A DNA stretch of 64,000 nt from Octopus bimaculoides (GCF_001194135.2 NC_068981.1:169306042-169370041); one strand, 5' to 3'; positions 27,001 through 41,000 are shown, counted from the stretch's first letter. Notes: generated from the letters alone by a model not told the origin. Numbers and translations: made by a program.

Positions 27001-27933
27001 ACTCGCACGCACACACGCACACACACACACACACACACATATGTATTGCAAATGAATGACGGAAGATGGAATATATGAGAATTTATTATTAATCCCGACG
27101 ATTGTTGAGCATCATACCCTCCTAGATGGGACACTCAACAACTCTTTCAGGAGCATCCAGCGGTGAAGATGTATCTCTTGAGTGATAGATAAATACAATT
27201 CCTTAAAATCACAGTTCCGCAATGTAACAGCCCGTTTTCTTGAAAGAAAAGCTGCCAGACGGAGTAAATATCTTCATTTATACAGAAGATCAAAAACAAA
27301 ATCACAGATGGCAAAAAGAAACGAACACGCAATCCCACGAGATAAGTATATATATANNNNNNNNNNNNNNNNNNNNNNNNNNNNNNNNNNNNNNNNNNNN
27401 NNNNNNNNNNNNNNNNNNNNNNNNNNNNNNNNNNNNNNNNNNNNNNNNNNNNNNNNNNNNNNNNNNNNNNNNNNNNNNNNNNNNNNNNNNNNNNNNNNNN
27501 NNNNNNNNNNNNNNNNNNNNNNNNNNNNNNNNNNNNNNNNNNNNNNNNNNNNNNNNNNNNNNNNNNNNNNNNNNNNNNNNNNNNNNNNNNNNNNNNNNNN
27601 NNNNNNNNNNNNNNNNNNNNNNNNNNNNNNNNNNNNNNNNNNNNNNNNNNNNNNNNNNNNNNNNNNNNNNNNNNNNNNNNNNNNNNNNNNNNNNNNNNNN
27701 NNNNNNNNNNNNNNNNNNNNNNNNNNNNNNNNNNNNNNNNNNNNNNNNNNNNNNNNNNNNNNNNNNNNNNNNNNNNNNNNNNNNNNNNNNNNNNNNNNNN
27801 NNNNNNNNNNNNNNNNNNNNNNNNNNNNNNNNNNNNNNNNNNNNNNNNNNNNNNNNNNATATATATATATATATAATATTATATACATACTTATATATTT
27901 TATGCATATTTATATATTGCTTGGTAACTGATA

Positions 27934-28088
27934 TTGGCGTATTTACGTCGCCGTAACTTAGTTGTTTTGCAAAAGAGAGCGATAAGTAAGTATTATGATT
28001 ATAAAGAATAAGTCTTGGGGTCAGTTTGTTCGACTGAAGGCGATGCTCCTGCATGGCTGCAGTCAAATGTTTGAAACCAGTAAAAGAA
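27934..28088 (+). mobile_element. SINE family A, 3' part
   Basis: tttacgtcgccgtaacttag..aaagaataagtcttggggtc..tcgactgaaggcgatgctcc..catggctgcagtcaaatg. Confidence 0.85.
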
Positions 28089-28269
28089 TTTTTTTTAAAT
28101 GATGACAAATTTACTTTAGGCACTTGAAGAATTGAAGCGAGGAAAGCTGTCGGGTTCTTTAAATACATTATCAATTTGTCAATTGGTAGCTGGTTTTCAT
28201 TTCGACGTGATAACCTACTAACTGGATTGCATTCTTCAGGTAGCATTTAGATGTTCTCTTTTTTTTCCT

Positions 28270-28664
28270 TCTTTTATTTGTTTCAGTCGTTTGACTGTGG
28301 CCATGCTGGAGCATCGACTTTTACTCGAACAAATCGTCCCCAAATCGAACACACCTTAACCCCAGGGTTATTCTCTGTAAGCGTGGTACTTATTCTATTG
28401 GTATCTTTTGCACACCAACATCTGTTGTGAAGCGGTGGTGTGGGGACAAAAGCAAACATAAAGCCACACACATAAATGTATATACATATATATACATATA
28501 TATACGACGGTGTTTTTTTGAGTTTCCGTCTACCAAATCCACTCACAAGTCTTTGGTCGGCCCAAGGCTAAAATAAAAGACATTCGCCCGAGGTGCCACG
28601 CAGTGAGAATGAAACCACAACAGTGTGGTTGGAAGCAAGCTACTTATCACACAACCACGTTTGC
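28270..28664 (-). mobile_element. SINE family A, near full length
   Basis: Reverse complement of head, body (gccttgggccgaccaaagacttgtgagtggatttggtagacggaaact), internal TA/TG repeat and tail. Confidence 0.9.
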
Positions 28665-28891
28665 ACATATGTACATAATTTTCATTTATTAGGATATCGT
28701 AATGTTTTTATGGAAGATAAAGTTGCATGTAATTGTTAGAAAAGGAATCACTATCTATATGGCCACGTGATTTTGTCTAACTCAATTAGGGGAATGTCAT
28801 ACGTTTTATCAGGTATAGCATCATTAAAATGTTTCATAAGTCTTTCAGAAATTAGGACGAATTAATGAGATTTTGGTATTTTATCTCTCAG

Positions 28892-28949
28892 GTGGAGTAA
28901 AATCTGCAGACTCCCTCGTTGGCTCACTAGGATGTAGTAATTCTGTGTG
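28892..28949 (+). other. Candidate small exon (58 nt), unassigned
   Basis: Acceptor ttttggtattttatctctcag|, open frame GVKSADSLVGSLGCSNSV, donor GTG|gtgaga. Confidence 0.25.
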
Positions 28950-29142
28950 GTGAGACTTATTTGGCTAAGTTTAAATACGATTTCATATTTAACTGTTGAC
29001 CATTATATACATCTTCCAGTTTCGGTTTCAATACCTGCCCCCCACCCAAGTCCATTAATATCTTGTGAATGAAATTTTTTAGACAAAATGTACGTGGAGG
29101 CCCGTCCTGCATATGTATGCACGTAAGTGAGCATACCTGCAT

Positions 29143-29184
<42 letters not shown>

Positions 29185-29344
29185 NNNNNNNNNNNNNNNN
29201 NNNNNNNNNNNNNNNNNNNNNNNNNNNNNNNNNNNNNNNNNNNNNNNNNNNNNNNNNNNNNNNNNNNNNNNNNNNNNNNNNNNNNNNNNNNNNNNNNNNN
29301 NNNNNNNNNNNNNNNNNNNNNNNNNNNNNNNNNNNNNNNNNNNN

Positions 29345-29393
<49 letters not shown>

Positions 29394-29627
29394 TGCATGT
29401 GTGCTTGTGTGTGTGTTTGTGCATCTATCCATGTAAGTGGGTGTGTCTTTTGTTGAACTGGATCTCGAAGTAGCTATAAATATCTAAATAATAATCTATA
29501 AATATTGGGATGAAAAACCCTCCCGAACAGAAAAAGTCTGATCGTGGGACATGTTTGAACACTTTCACGTAGATATCAACACCTAGAACAACAAGAACAA
29601 CACACACACACATATCTATCTATCTAC

Positions 29628-29710
<83 letters not shown>

Positions 29711-29941
29711 TTTGTGTATGTGCGTATATAGATATGTTTATGTCCTGAGTACTACAGGTTCGTTACAAGAAATTTATAATATAAATACGAGAATTATAAA
29801 TAAATATCGTGTTCGATATGGTCGCTTACACCCTTGTTTCTATTAAACGGTTCATAATGCCTGTAGCAAAGTGAGAAGTGCTTCCACACGAATACCAATA
29901 TTCTCCTAACAACATTTGTTACTAATATTATTATGAAGTGA

Positions 29942-30160
29942 GGGTGGTGAGCTGGCAGAATCGTTAGCGCGCCGGGCGAAATGCTTAGCAGTATTTCATC
30001 TGCCGTTACGTTCTGAGTTCAAATTCCGCCGAGGTTGTCTTTGCCTTTCATCCTCTCAATGTGGATAAAATAAGTACCAGTTGAATGCTGGTTCGATTTC
30101 ATTGACTTGCCTCCTCCCCCTCCTCCAAAACTGGAGGCCTTGTGACAAAATCTGTAATCA
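29942..30160 (+). mobile_element. tRNA-derived SINE family B
   Basis: ggtggtgagctggcagaatcgttagc (A-box-like), gagttcaaattcc (B-box-like), core tttgcctttcatcct..gataaaataagtaccagtt. Confidence 0.9.
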
Positions 30161-30161
30161 A

Positions 30162-30366
30162 TATTCTTTTCTACTCTAGGGAAAAAGCCCGAAATTTTGG
30201 GGGAGGGAGCCAGTCGATTAGATCGACCCAGTACGCAACTGATACTTAGTTTATCAACCCCGAAAGTATGAAAGACAAAGTCAGAATTTGAACTCAGAAC
30301 GTGAAGACAGACGAAATACCCTTAATTATTTCGTCAGGTGTGCTAATGTTTCTGCCAGCTCGCCGT
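30162..30366 (-). mobile_element. SINE family B, inverted and tail-to-tail with the previous copy
   Basis: Reverse complement of the same consensus, ending ctgccagctcgcc. Confidence 0.9.
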
Positions 30367-31338
30367 ATTTCATACAATAGATGTTCTTTTCTACTCTTGG
30401 CACAAGTTCTGAAATTACTATAAAGTCATTGCGTATATACACACACTTATACATAAACATTTTCACTATTGTAGACTTTTGCTACGACAGTTATTAGTAC
30501 AATATAACTTCCCTAACAACGCTGAAAACAAAACATAATAAAGATTTTCTTCTGGAACATCAAAATTTTTGGTTGCTCGCTAATTAATTGAAAATGTTAG
30601 TCCAGTTAACCGGGTGGGATTACAGTAAATGAACGTATTTGGGATACTGATGCAGCCACTTCGGGTTATGAGAGGCAAAATGATTCTCGCTGTTTTACAA
30701 ACTACTTTAAAATTGAGCACTCTAAAATATAACATGCGGCTCTACTATTTATGGATATCCGACCGTTTAAAATACTTTCTGAAAAAAAAAAAAATCATGA
30801 AAAAAAAATCCATGAAAAATATACTTCATAAAAAATACAACTGTTTAATGAACGCATATGAAGTGGAATATGCACACTTATCAACAAATGCTTTACTTTT
30901 CTATAAAATCAGTTTTATTTTACTTTTCCTCTCTTTCAGTAACGTTTATTTGTCAATATATTCCAATCCAATTATAGACCTCACGTATTTCCCACTAAAA
31001 AAAGAAAAGGAAAAGGCGATATGCTAAGGAGCAACAACAACAACAGCAACACCCTCCTTGAATAACATCGGTAAATAAATAGAGTAAATGAACGAGACTT
31101 TTCAATAATTGTTGGCAATTGAGAACAGGTATGTTTAATATACGTGACTTGAAGTATAATTGTACAATACCAATTACTTAACGAAATCGTTTATAGTAAC
31201 TGTGTTTTATGTTCAAAGCACATTATACAATTACGCAACGCATTTTGTCATAATGATATAAACTCTTATTCACAATTTCAACATAATATCATAACTTCAC
31301 AACTATTTAAAGAATGTTTTCCCCATTGGTCTTCATTT

Positions 31339-31595
<257 letters not shown>

Positions 31596-31789
31596 ATAAT
31601 AATCCTTTCTACTATAGGCACAAGGAACCAAAAGTAAGATGAAAATATCAAAAAAATGAGATACGACACACAAAACAAGTAGGGTTTATATAGATCAAGC
31701 GGAAACACTACATCCTTAGAAGATATAATAAAAGGATAGATGAATAGAAAATAGAAAAATAAATAATTAATAAATAGAAACTTCAAACG

Positions 31790-32330
31790 CGGAATTGTCC
31801 ACTTGAAGTAATTCGATAGTAAATGTCCCATATTACTCTGCCATCTCCAAGCCGTGGTAAGTACCATCTTCCAGGTTCTCTCCTCCTACTTAGAAAAGCT
31901 TACTCAGAGCTGATCTATTCAACCTCACCAGTTTTGCCAGTCTCGTCCACCTTTAGATAAACACACTAGAAAGCAGTACCTCCTTCCTTACCGTTACAAG
32001 CATTTCAGATGAGTTCGTCACACAGCTTCTTTTTTCCACAGCCACTGAACAGAGAATGATTTCCCGCCCGTTGCTATAGGAGGTGGCGCATTGATTTTGG
32101 CTATACATTCAGCGGACGGCAAGATTCGTCTTACACGAGACAGAAATGGCACAAGTCTCAAATGCACGGACGTTGAACGATTGCATGCATCTTGGACAGG
32201 TTCCACTGTTGGCACTTCCCTGCCTGAAGAGCTTGTCTCGAACAGGCAATGTCCACTTGTAGCACTGCCATGCCTAAGTCTTTGCAAATTGTCCATGATC
32301 TTCGACCCGAAAATTCTTTCGAAGAGACCA
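31790..32330 (-). mobile_element. Tx1/L1-clade LINE fragment (zf-RVT-like C-terminal region)
   Basis: AWQCYKWTLPVRDKLFRQGSANSGTCPRCMQS (cf. W....LP....L.......CPRC), continuing through frameshifts into RILPSAECIAKINAPPP..GGK. Confidence 0.7.
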
Positions 32331-32363
32331 CTCAAATAAATAAATAAATGAAGAAAGAAAGAA

Positions 32364-32365
<2 letters not shown>

Positions 32366-32413
<48 letters not shown>

Positions 32414-32453
32414 GAAGAAGAAGAAGAAGAAGAAGAAGAAAAAGAAGAAGAAG
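32366..32453 (+). repeat. (AAT)n(AAG)n compound microsatellite
   Basis: About 15 AAT units then about 14 AAG units. Confidence 0.95.
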
Positions 32454-32625
32454 AAAATTGCACTACTGGGCACTGCACACATCCTACGCAAAACACTTTC
32501 AATACAGTAAACATAAGAGCATCACAGCAAACCACAGCACATACCCAAGGCACACAGAGCTGCGCTCGGTAGTGAAGTGAAAGCACGTTATAAAAATAAA
32601 ACTACTGAATAATAATAATAATAAT
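32454..32625 (+). mobile_element. 3' end of R4/Dong-like RLE retrotransposon, family 1 (second copy)
   Basis: KIALLGTAHILRKTLSIQ* plus the 3'UTR gagctgcgctcggtagtgaagtgaaagcacg..actactgaat and an (AAT)n tail. Homologous to 1560-1762. Confidence 0.85.
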
Positions 32626-34633
32626 AGTCGTCATCGTCGTTGTCGTAGAAGTAGTTGTAACGATAATAATGATTATTATGATGATAAGTCCGACAGTCAA
32701 CAAATATACATTCCTTCAATCGAAATTTGTGGAGCACTAATCAGTGTCAGTTATCAATGTTACTCGCAGTCTTTTGAGACTACATAAAAGCCTGCTACTT
32801 GGCCTTGTCTTGTGAATTAATTATTACCAAAAGCATCAAAACAAAATGCTCCCCAAAAATTCGAATAGATTTTGTACGTTTGAAATATAAACCCAAAGTA
32901 GTATCAAAAGTGAGCATGCCGGTGGTACATAAACCTACGTTGGACAACCATAATGACATTTTGATATGGCCTATACTTCATCGAAATAAATGTGTTGCAT
33001 GTAAATAAGAAATAAAGACTAACTTTGACCTGTATTAAAATATCCAGCCTCAGAGAATCTTAAAAGACTGCGTTTTCCTGACAAGACAAAACATCATCAA
33101 TATACTAATTTTGGAAAAAAAAAAAAACTATAACTCACTAAATATGCGTGACTAGTATTGCCTCTACAATGAGTTTCTAAACATAGTCTATTAGCTCCAA
33201 AAATATACACTTGGGAAACACTGATATAACCAACTACTCAGTAGATATGAAACCATCAGGTTTCAACTACTTATATAAAGATATATGCGTATATGGTTAC
33301 TCTGTGTTAAGGAAATTTAAGGGAATTTAAACCTAGAAAAACACTAAACTGAAAGAAACTGGCACGTCATTTCAAGCTTATGATAAAAATTATATTAGAG
33401 GCATACAGAGTGCTAGCAAAGTTGTGCGATAAGGTATCACCAGAGCTGGAGACAACACCTAACTGGTTAACTCACTAAAGGGAATGTCATACGAATACAC
33501 AAGATCAAAGAAACAGAACAAAAAAATCAAGCATAAAACAACAACTAAGGTCTACAGATAAAACCTACATTCTAACAGCTTAAAAATCTTTAAGTGTAAT
33601 AAATATCATGAGAAACCCTAGTTGTTTCCAGAAGAATCCAGAGGGTCTTGAAAATGCTTACATTGATGTGGATATCAATTGTAGCCTACAGTAGATACAA
33701 TGAAATTAGTTACATTACTGCAGACATTATTCGGATTTACTAGAGAATTAAATGTGAAAGTCGGATGAAAAAAAAATCAAGTCAAACTTGGAGAGAGACT
33801 AATTAATTAAGAACATTAATATTATACTTTATTTAAACTAACATAAGTAAGAAAGGTAGAAAAACAAACTTATTTAAGAAATAGACAGAGTACAACTAAA
33901 AAAAACAATGAAAGAAATTGATGTAAAGATTATTATGGATGTGATTAATATTAAAAACAAAGTTTACAGATAAAAACAAGAATTATAATAGGCATATAAA
34001 ATATGCCAAATAAACTCAAACAGAAAGATTATATTTATCATAAATGTAAGGTGAGAGAGACCTTAGGCCACTCGAATACCGAATATCTATGTATTTATTA
34101 AAGAATAAGTATTGAAAAATCTACAATATACGAACAAGGCATCCTTTCCTGTTTCCCAGGAAACTAGCAAATACGAAATAAACACTAACAAGACAAACAT
34201 TTGAGAGGAAAAGCAGATGCTACAGAAATTGCAGAAATGTAAAGACGTCTGCTATAATTAGGGTCAGAGCAAGCTATGCTGAAATAATGATAAGAAAAAA
34301 GGAGCCCTATAAGACCGACGGATAAAAAAAGCTGATCAAGACGGAAGTACGCGAAGAATAAAACTGATTCTTGATTCTAGATTATGGCACAAATGAAGTT
34401 TTCTATCCAGAGACTACATAAAATGGGTAATAGAGTAAAATACATTAATTAATTGCAGAATATTCGGATGTTGGGGGAAAACAAAGAATCTGCACTCATG
34501 ACTGAGTTTGGGGTTTTCATACCAGGAAGTAATTCCCAAACCGTCAAGCTCCCAAGAAGTGGCGGTATAAACATACACCAGAAAATGTGTCATACAATGA
34601 GAAAACAATCATATACGGGATATGTTGATCAAC

Positions 34634-34819
34634 AGGTGCAGGTGTGGCTGGCTGTGTGGTAAGAAGTCTGCATCCAACCACATGGCTCCGGGTACAGTCC
34701 CGCCGCATGACACCTTCAGCAAGTGTTTCTACTATAGTCGCGGGCTAACTGAAGTCTTGTGAGTGGATTTGGTTGAGGGATACGGAAAGAAGCTCATTGT
34801 GTGTTTGTGTGTGCGAGTG

Positions 34820-34913
<94 letters not shown>

Positions 34914-35127
34914 TGTGTGTGTGCGTGTGTGTGCGTGCGTGCGCGCGCGCGTCCACTCTATTGCTTGACAACCGATGCTGGTATGTTTATGACTCGTAAC
35001 CGGCAAAAACGATCGATAGAATAAGTACTAGGCTTACAAAGAATAAGTCCTTGGGGCGATTTCTTCGACTAAAACCCTTTGAGGTGATGCTCCAGCATGG
35101 CCGTAGTCAAATGGCCGAAACCAGAAG
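34634..35127 (+). mobile_element. SINE family A, full length with expanded internal (TA)n(TG)n
   Basis: Head aggtgcaggtgtggctggctgtgtggtaagaag, B-box-like ggtacagtccc, body, microsatellite at 34819-34950, tail gctccagcatggccgtagtcaaatg. Confidence 0.9.
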
Positions 35128-35234
35128 AAGGATAATAGAAAATCGGGAGTTCGATTATTGTTATCGAGAAAGCCAAGAATATATCTGTTTCAACAGTCGA
35201 TAATGTATGCTTAAATGAAATGGAGAAATGCATC

Positions 35235-35297
35235 CAAATATAAAGATCTGCTCTCGATAGCGCAGTGAAACCATTTGATGAAATAAGACTACTGAAA
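35235..35297 (+). mobile_element. Diverged 3'UTR remnant of RLE family 1
   Basis: gatctgctctcgatagcgcagtgaaaccatttgatgaaataagactactgaa aligns with gagctgcgctcggtagtgaagtgaaagcacgttataaaaataaaactactgaa. Confidence 0.6.
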
Positions 35298-35374
35298 TAT
35301 AAAAAAAAAAAATAAGCTTGAATATAGAAAGATATAACTTGTAGTATTTGAGTATTTGGCTATATACAAATTAT

Positions 35375-35590
35375 TATTCTCTACTCTAGGCACAAGGCCC
35401 GAAATTTTTGCGGAAGGGAGGGGACCCGCTGATTAGACCGACCTCAGTATGCAACTGGTACTTAATTTAGCTACCCCGAAAAGATGAAAGGCAAAGTCGA
35501 CCTCGGCGGAATTTGAACTCAGAAGGTAAAGACAGACCAAATGCTGATAAGCATTTCGTCCGGCGTGCTAACGTTTCTACCAGCTCACCG
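35375..35590 (-). mobile_element. SINE family B
   Basis: tctactctaggcacaaggcccgaaatt..aaaggcaaagtcgacctcggcggaatttgaactcagaa..ccagctcacc. Confidence 0.9.
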
Positions 35591-35629
35591 TCTTTATATA
35601 CAAAATATTATAATGTAAAGAGTATATAT

Positions 35630-35672
<43 letters not shown>

Positions 35673-38033
35673 NNNNNNNNNNNNNNNNNNNNNNNNNNNN
35701 NNNNNNNNNNNNNNNNNNNNNNNNNNNNNNNNNNNNNNNNNNNNNNNNNNNNNNNNNNNNNNNNNNNNNNNNNNNNNNNNNNNNNNNNNNNNNNNNNNNN
35801 NNNNNNNNNNNNNNNTGTGTGTGTGTGTGTGTGTGTGTGTGTTTAGTCAGACTTATCAGCAGGCACATACAGGTCTTTACCATTTCCACTTAAAGTCAAT
35901 CCAGGATACACTTGTGCCTAACACTCTTCTTATAATCGCAATGTGTAACATCCTCTTTGATTTGATTGCATACTAAACACTTTAAAATTCACCTCTCAAA
36001 CGGCTTTGGTGCTTTTCCTGGGGTAGGTGGTATTGTTACATGTAAAACAATGGACAAATGAACTAACATCACATTAACTGAACATTAACCACACAGCATT
36101 TCTCTAGACATCACTATTCTGAAGTCACAATATTCTTAGAAATGCTTTGAGTGTTACCACATCCTCTCAGACTTGGAAAAGCAGAAAAAAAAATTTGGAC
36201 ATAGAGAGATGTGGATAAAAATGTGTCTCTGAATTGTAAAGTGCAATGCTACCTCATGCTTTCTCCCTCTTCTGCTTTCTCACTTTCTGTTTCTACATTT
36301 TCTTTTCTTCAGATACATCAGTGGTTGATTTAAGCATTGCACTGATAAAATGGTTAAAGACGACAGGGAAATGTATTGAGAACGAGGGATTATTATTATT
36401 TTTTATCTTCACACCGAATACTGAAATCAGGCGGAAGATTACGTTAATGAAAATTTAGCTATTCACACTCACTCCCTTCAGGCCTTTTTCTTCTTCGTCT
36501 TTACGTTATTTTATTATCTCAAAACGAAAGAAAAGAATGAGTTTGTATTTCATGTTGAAACGCTGATATTTAAAAGAATATCAGTAGTAAGAAAAGAAAA
36601 ACTGTGTAAAAAATATATATAAAGTCAAAGAAACGAGATACCACTTTCAAAGCTTTTAAAATTGACTGAACTTTTATGTGTTATTCAGTGAATGTATGGA
36701 ACTAGAGTATAAATTAGAGAAAATATTAATCCTTCTGAAATTATACGTTCGTCAGTCTGTTTTCACAGTATAATGTCATTTAGTGTTTGTTTATCTTCTT
36801 TCTGATTTTGGCTCTCTTTTTTTAAAAAACTTTATCTAAGTTGTTAGAGACAGCCTTTAGTAGATTTAAACTGCTCTGTTATGGCCATAGATTAAGTTAA
36901 TCTTCGTGACAATAGGAAAAGGATATTCGAATAAATAAATTTATCAGTAGGTCTTTTTATAACATTTCAGTCTATATTTTGTTGCTCGTATTATAAAATC
37001 AGTCCAGAACTTTCATTTATTTTCGACGGTTGGCCAATATAACCAACATTTTTTTTCCTATTTACAACAAAGTAGAATAGTTAATGAAACAACCAAATAG
37101 GATTAACTAATTCAGGCCAAAATATAACGATAAATTGTGCTTCGTCAAAAGGTAGACATTTTTAAATAGCTATACCAGCGAGGATGAAATAGAAAGAAAA
37201 AGAAACAACCAGCACAAAACTGAACAAAAAGGTGTCTACTACTGATGTGTTTGTATCGGATGGGGTGCTGAATAGCAGTGTGATGGGAACAAAGCCAGAT
37301 ACTAAGAGAATCTAGGCTGAAATACAATTACTTGTGTTTTAAAAGAAAGGCTGCGACACTGTTTCATTTTATATCTGCTCTGTACTACATAATAAACCTT
37401 TCCCAACTGTGCTGCAAGGCAATCAACAAACATACTATGTGTGTTAAAAGTTAGTGGCTTCCAATGAAGTATTGTTATTAGATATTAAAGCTCGGTCGAA
37501 GTATTGGTTTATTTGCAAAAGACAAAAAACAAAAAAAAATTAGTAAAACACACACACACACACACACACACNNNNNNNNNNATATATATATACACACGTC
37601 TGTGTGTGTATGTGCGTGTACCGCAGGGAAAGATAATGTAGAAAAAGAAATTAAAAACAAAATAGCCAGCTCAAGCGGATAACGATTCAGAAAAAGTCAA
37701 AATCTAAAAGAAAAAAACAAATAAACAAAAAGCAAACTGTTAAATACATCAAATAAGGACAAAGAAAGATAGAAAAGTACACGGCAAAAAAATGACAAAT
37801 AAAAAAATAATTATAAACATGTAAAAGAATCAATGTAACGGGCGAATTCAATGTGAAGTCCATTAAGAATAAACAGTGAGTGGTGGCTGGAACCACTTGT
37901 ATAGCGAGCGTTTAGAAACTACATATTTACTGGGAGTTTCAGACACCAGTAATTTTAACATTGTGAATTATTATATTGTTGACCTAATAGTGTTTTATTT
38001 TGTCATTTAAGCACGATGGAGGGAAGGTGGAGT

Positions 38034-38091
<58 letters not shown>

Positions 38092-41000
38092 GAAAGAAAG
38101 AGACAGAGAGACCTGTGGTTATCACATTTTATGCCAACTCACTCCGCCTTTACACTGAGAAGTAGAGGCATGGCGCGAAGTTAATTTTAGAGCAGTAAAG
38201 ACTATTGTTGTTGCTGCTGCCGCTTTTGTTGTTGGTATTAGTGTTGTTTTGCTTCCACATAAGCCTTTATATAGCATACAGTTGATCAAAGCTCATTAAG
38301 CCATGTGCATCTCGTCATGTTTTCAGTTCTCTGGCACACTGGACCACAATATTTCAAAGTAACCTTATTTTTCAAGAGAGTAAAGTGTTTATTTTGCGGG
38401 AAATTTGACTGCAACTTTTGGCAGCTCGAGCGAATACACAGGGGTTTTACAATGAAAAGACCGTTGTATGATGCCGTCTTTTTCTCTTCTTATTTTTGTA
38501 TTTATCCTCACCCTTTTTCAAAGTAATCGGTGATTAAATGTGCTTCAGTCGTAAACATCCCATCATTTTGTATAACAAGAACTACATTGTCTAATAAATA
38601 TCAATCTTTATTTAAGAGGACCGTGTGTAACTTGGAGAAAATTCGGTTGATATTTCCAGCATGACGAACGATCACCTAGATATCCAACTCATTGGTTCGT
38701 AAAGGAAAACTGTTGAAGTGAGAGAAGAAATAGAATAAGGATTCTAGATCTGCGTTTGCAGATTCATAGTTAGTGAAGCTTTCTCAATTTACCCACGGAA
38801 ATATATTTTATGCAATCAATGAACGAGACCTGGTTTGTCAAAATGAATCACGTGAAATGTGTAAGTAATATCTCTAGTCTTAGTACAGTAATGCGCTGGT
38901 GTCTTCTCGGCATTTATTATTTATTTCTCTGAACAACCTGAAAAATGCTATACAAAGCTATATATCTATGAAAATATTAAAAAAAGCAGAAATAAAACTA
39001 AGAGTGATGATACAAATTTGCATTTGAAAGAAGTGTGATATAATAGATATATTTGATAATGGTATAATATTATAACTTTCTTTAGTTGCTGCCTTTTGGT
39101 CTGGTTCGAAAAACAAAACTAAATAAACTACATGGTCTGATGTAAAATGACTATCCCAGGGGAACTTTACCTATGAACTCATCAATGCTAAATAACTGCT
39201 AACAAACTAGGTTTAAATGCGAATCATTGTTTTATATTACGAAACAAAAAGATCGGGTTTGTGCCAATGTGAGAAATCAATATATAATTGTATACAAAAC
39301 AATAGACAATATATTTAACATATATATATATATATATATATATAATCATACGCACAAACGCGAATGCTCACCTTTTGTTTGTGTGCCTCTCTTTGCGCAT
39401 CTGTGCATGTATGTTTGTATGTCTGTAGAGAGACAAGTATTTAGCGAATAAAGACGAATGGCTAATTTGAATTATCAGTGTTACACTGCTTCAAAAGATT
39501 TCTTGTCTTGAAACTGAGGACGTTTGTGATTATAGAAAGATAGGTGCATACATACATACATACATACACATACGTACACACATATATAAAGTAAAAAATA
39601 CGCGATACATGTAAATATGTATATACATATACGTGTGTGTTTGTGTACACCCTTCAATATAATATGTAATATATGATGGCATACATATTACAACGCAATG
39701 ACATATTTACGTCTTGGCATATAATACGACCCATAAAATCATTTTTATACAAACACACAACGCTACACATTCCGTTACACAAGCATGAGAAATGGCTCTG
39801 ACACACATCATAATTTTCTCCTTCAGACATTCAGTTTTTAGTTTTGATACATGGTTATAAAAGTTCAATGTGTCTCTTTTGACACTTCTTGTATAGACGC
39901 CTGTTGCGATCCGGATAGACGCCTTGTCACATCCGGCAAATTACGTTTCATGTGCATCACATAGCTTTAGAATATTTTCAGAAAATAATCGTTACGAGCA
40001 TATAAATGTATTTAGTAAGCAGACCTTGTAATGTGATAGAAGTGAAAGACGGGGGAAAGGAATGGAAGAAAGATACAGACTAGAGACTGATAGAAGAAGA
40101 GCCAGAACGTGATTTGGTAAAATTGCTAACAGAATGAAATAATGAGTGACTAGACTGAGAATAATCGAAATATAAAGAATGTTTTATTATAAAAATAGCA
40201 CAAAAATATGGAACGGAAAATCAAATCCTTATCTTGTAAGCCGGCCTTGAAACAAGTCATAGAATCATGAAACGAAAAGAAGTATATAAATGCTTGCAAG
40301 TTAACAAGGAAATGCAATAAAAATAAATGCGACAAAATGCTTGGACTAAAGAAAATAATTAAGCGAAATAAAATAAATTTCAATATTAACGGAAACTACT
40401 TTTTAAGCCTTAAGATTCCCAGCAAAATGCATAAAGAGGTGTTTCATGAAATAAATGCAAGATGCTTTAATGATGACAAAAGACAGTGTTATAGGACTAA
40501 AACCAAAGGAAACTTCACCAATACAAGAATTTTAAAAAAGATGAGCAAACATAAATTTACAGGGTTACACTACCAATTTGCATTATTTTTATCATTTTTT
40601 AAAAGTATTTATAAAAGGAATATCAATGCACGAAACCAAATGCAAAACCGAAGGCAAAACAAGAACAACACTAACTTTTTCGACGTATTTGCATATTTAT
40701 AAGTCCTCATCAAAAGGAAAACGAAGATTAAGCTATGTTTGTTCTGTGGAGATTAAAAGTAATAAAGCAGTTATTTTTGAAACGCTAACATTGGGGAAAG
40801 AGGTGAAGATATGCTTAGAGTAGTAGTGTTTGAATTAACCAATCACCATGTCTCAGGCCGTTTTTGTTGTTGATGAACAAATTCAGTTTCTTGTTAATGA
40901 TGGCCTCATTAATCCTTAAATTTCCAATATTCATTTCCTTATTTTAATGATTTGGTTGTAACACTCCCATAAATTTCAACAGAAGAAACATTTTTATCAG

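Noticed and set aside
27150-27350. Possible RTE RT scrap (KLPDGVNI.. / RRSKTKSQMA)
   Set aside because: Similarity is weak and needs frameshifts; truncated by a gap.
33060-34400. A-rich block that looks like decayed LINE sequence
   Set aside because: No diagnostic motif recognised in any frame.
38260-38405. TATA-like tttatatag, Inr-like tcagtt and E2F-like gcgggaaa suggesting a promoter
   Set aside because: Spacing is not canonical, short motifs occur by chance, and no downstream exon is established.
39893-39947. CCGGAT..ATCCGG / tagacgcct x2 resembling an enterobacterial REP
   Set aside because: Only a short 22-bp tandem duplication in eukaryotic context; no bacterial flanking sequence.
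40337-40702. 121-aa ORF (MLGLKKIIKRNK...) without microsatellite
   Set aside because: K/N/F-rich composition reflects A-rich sequence; no recognisable motif or splice context.
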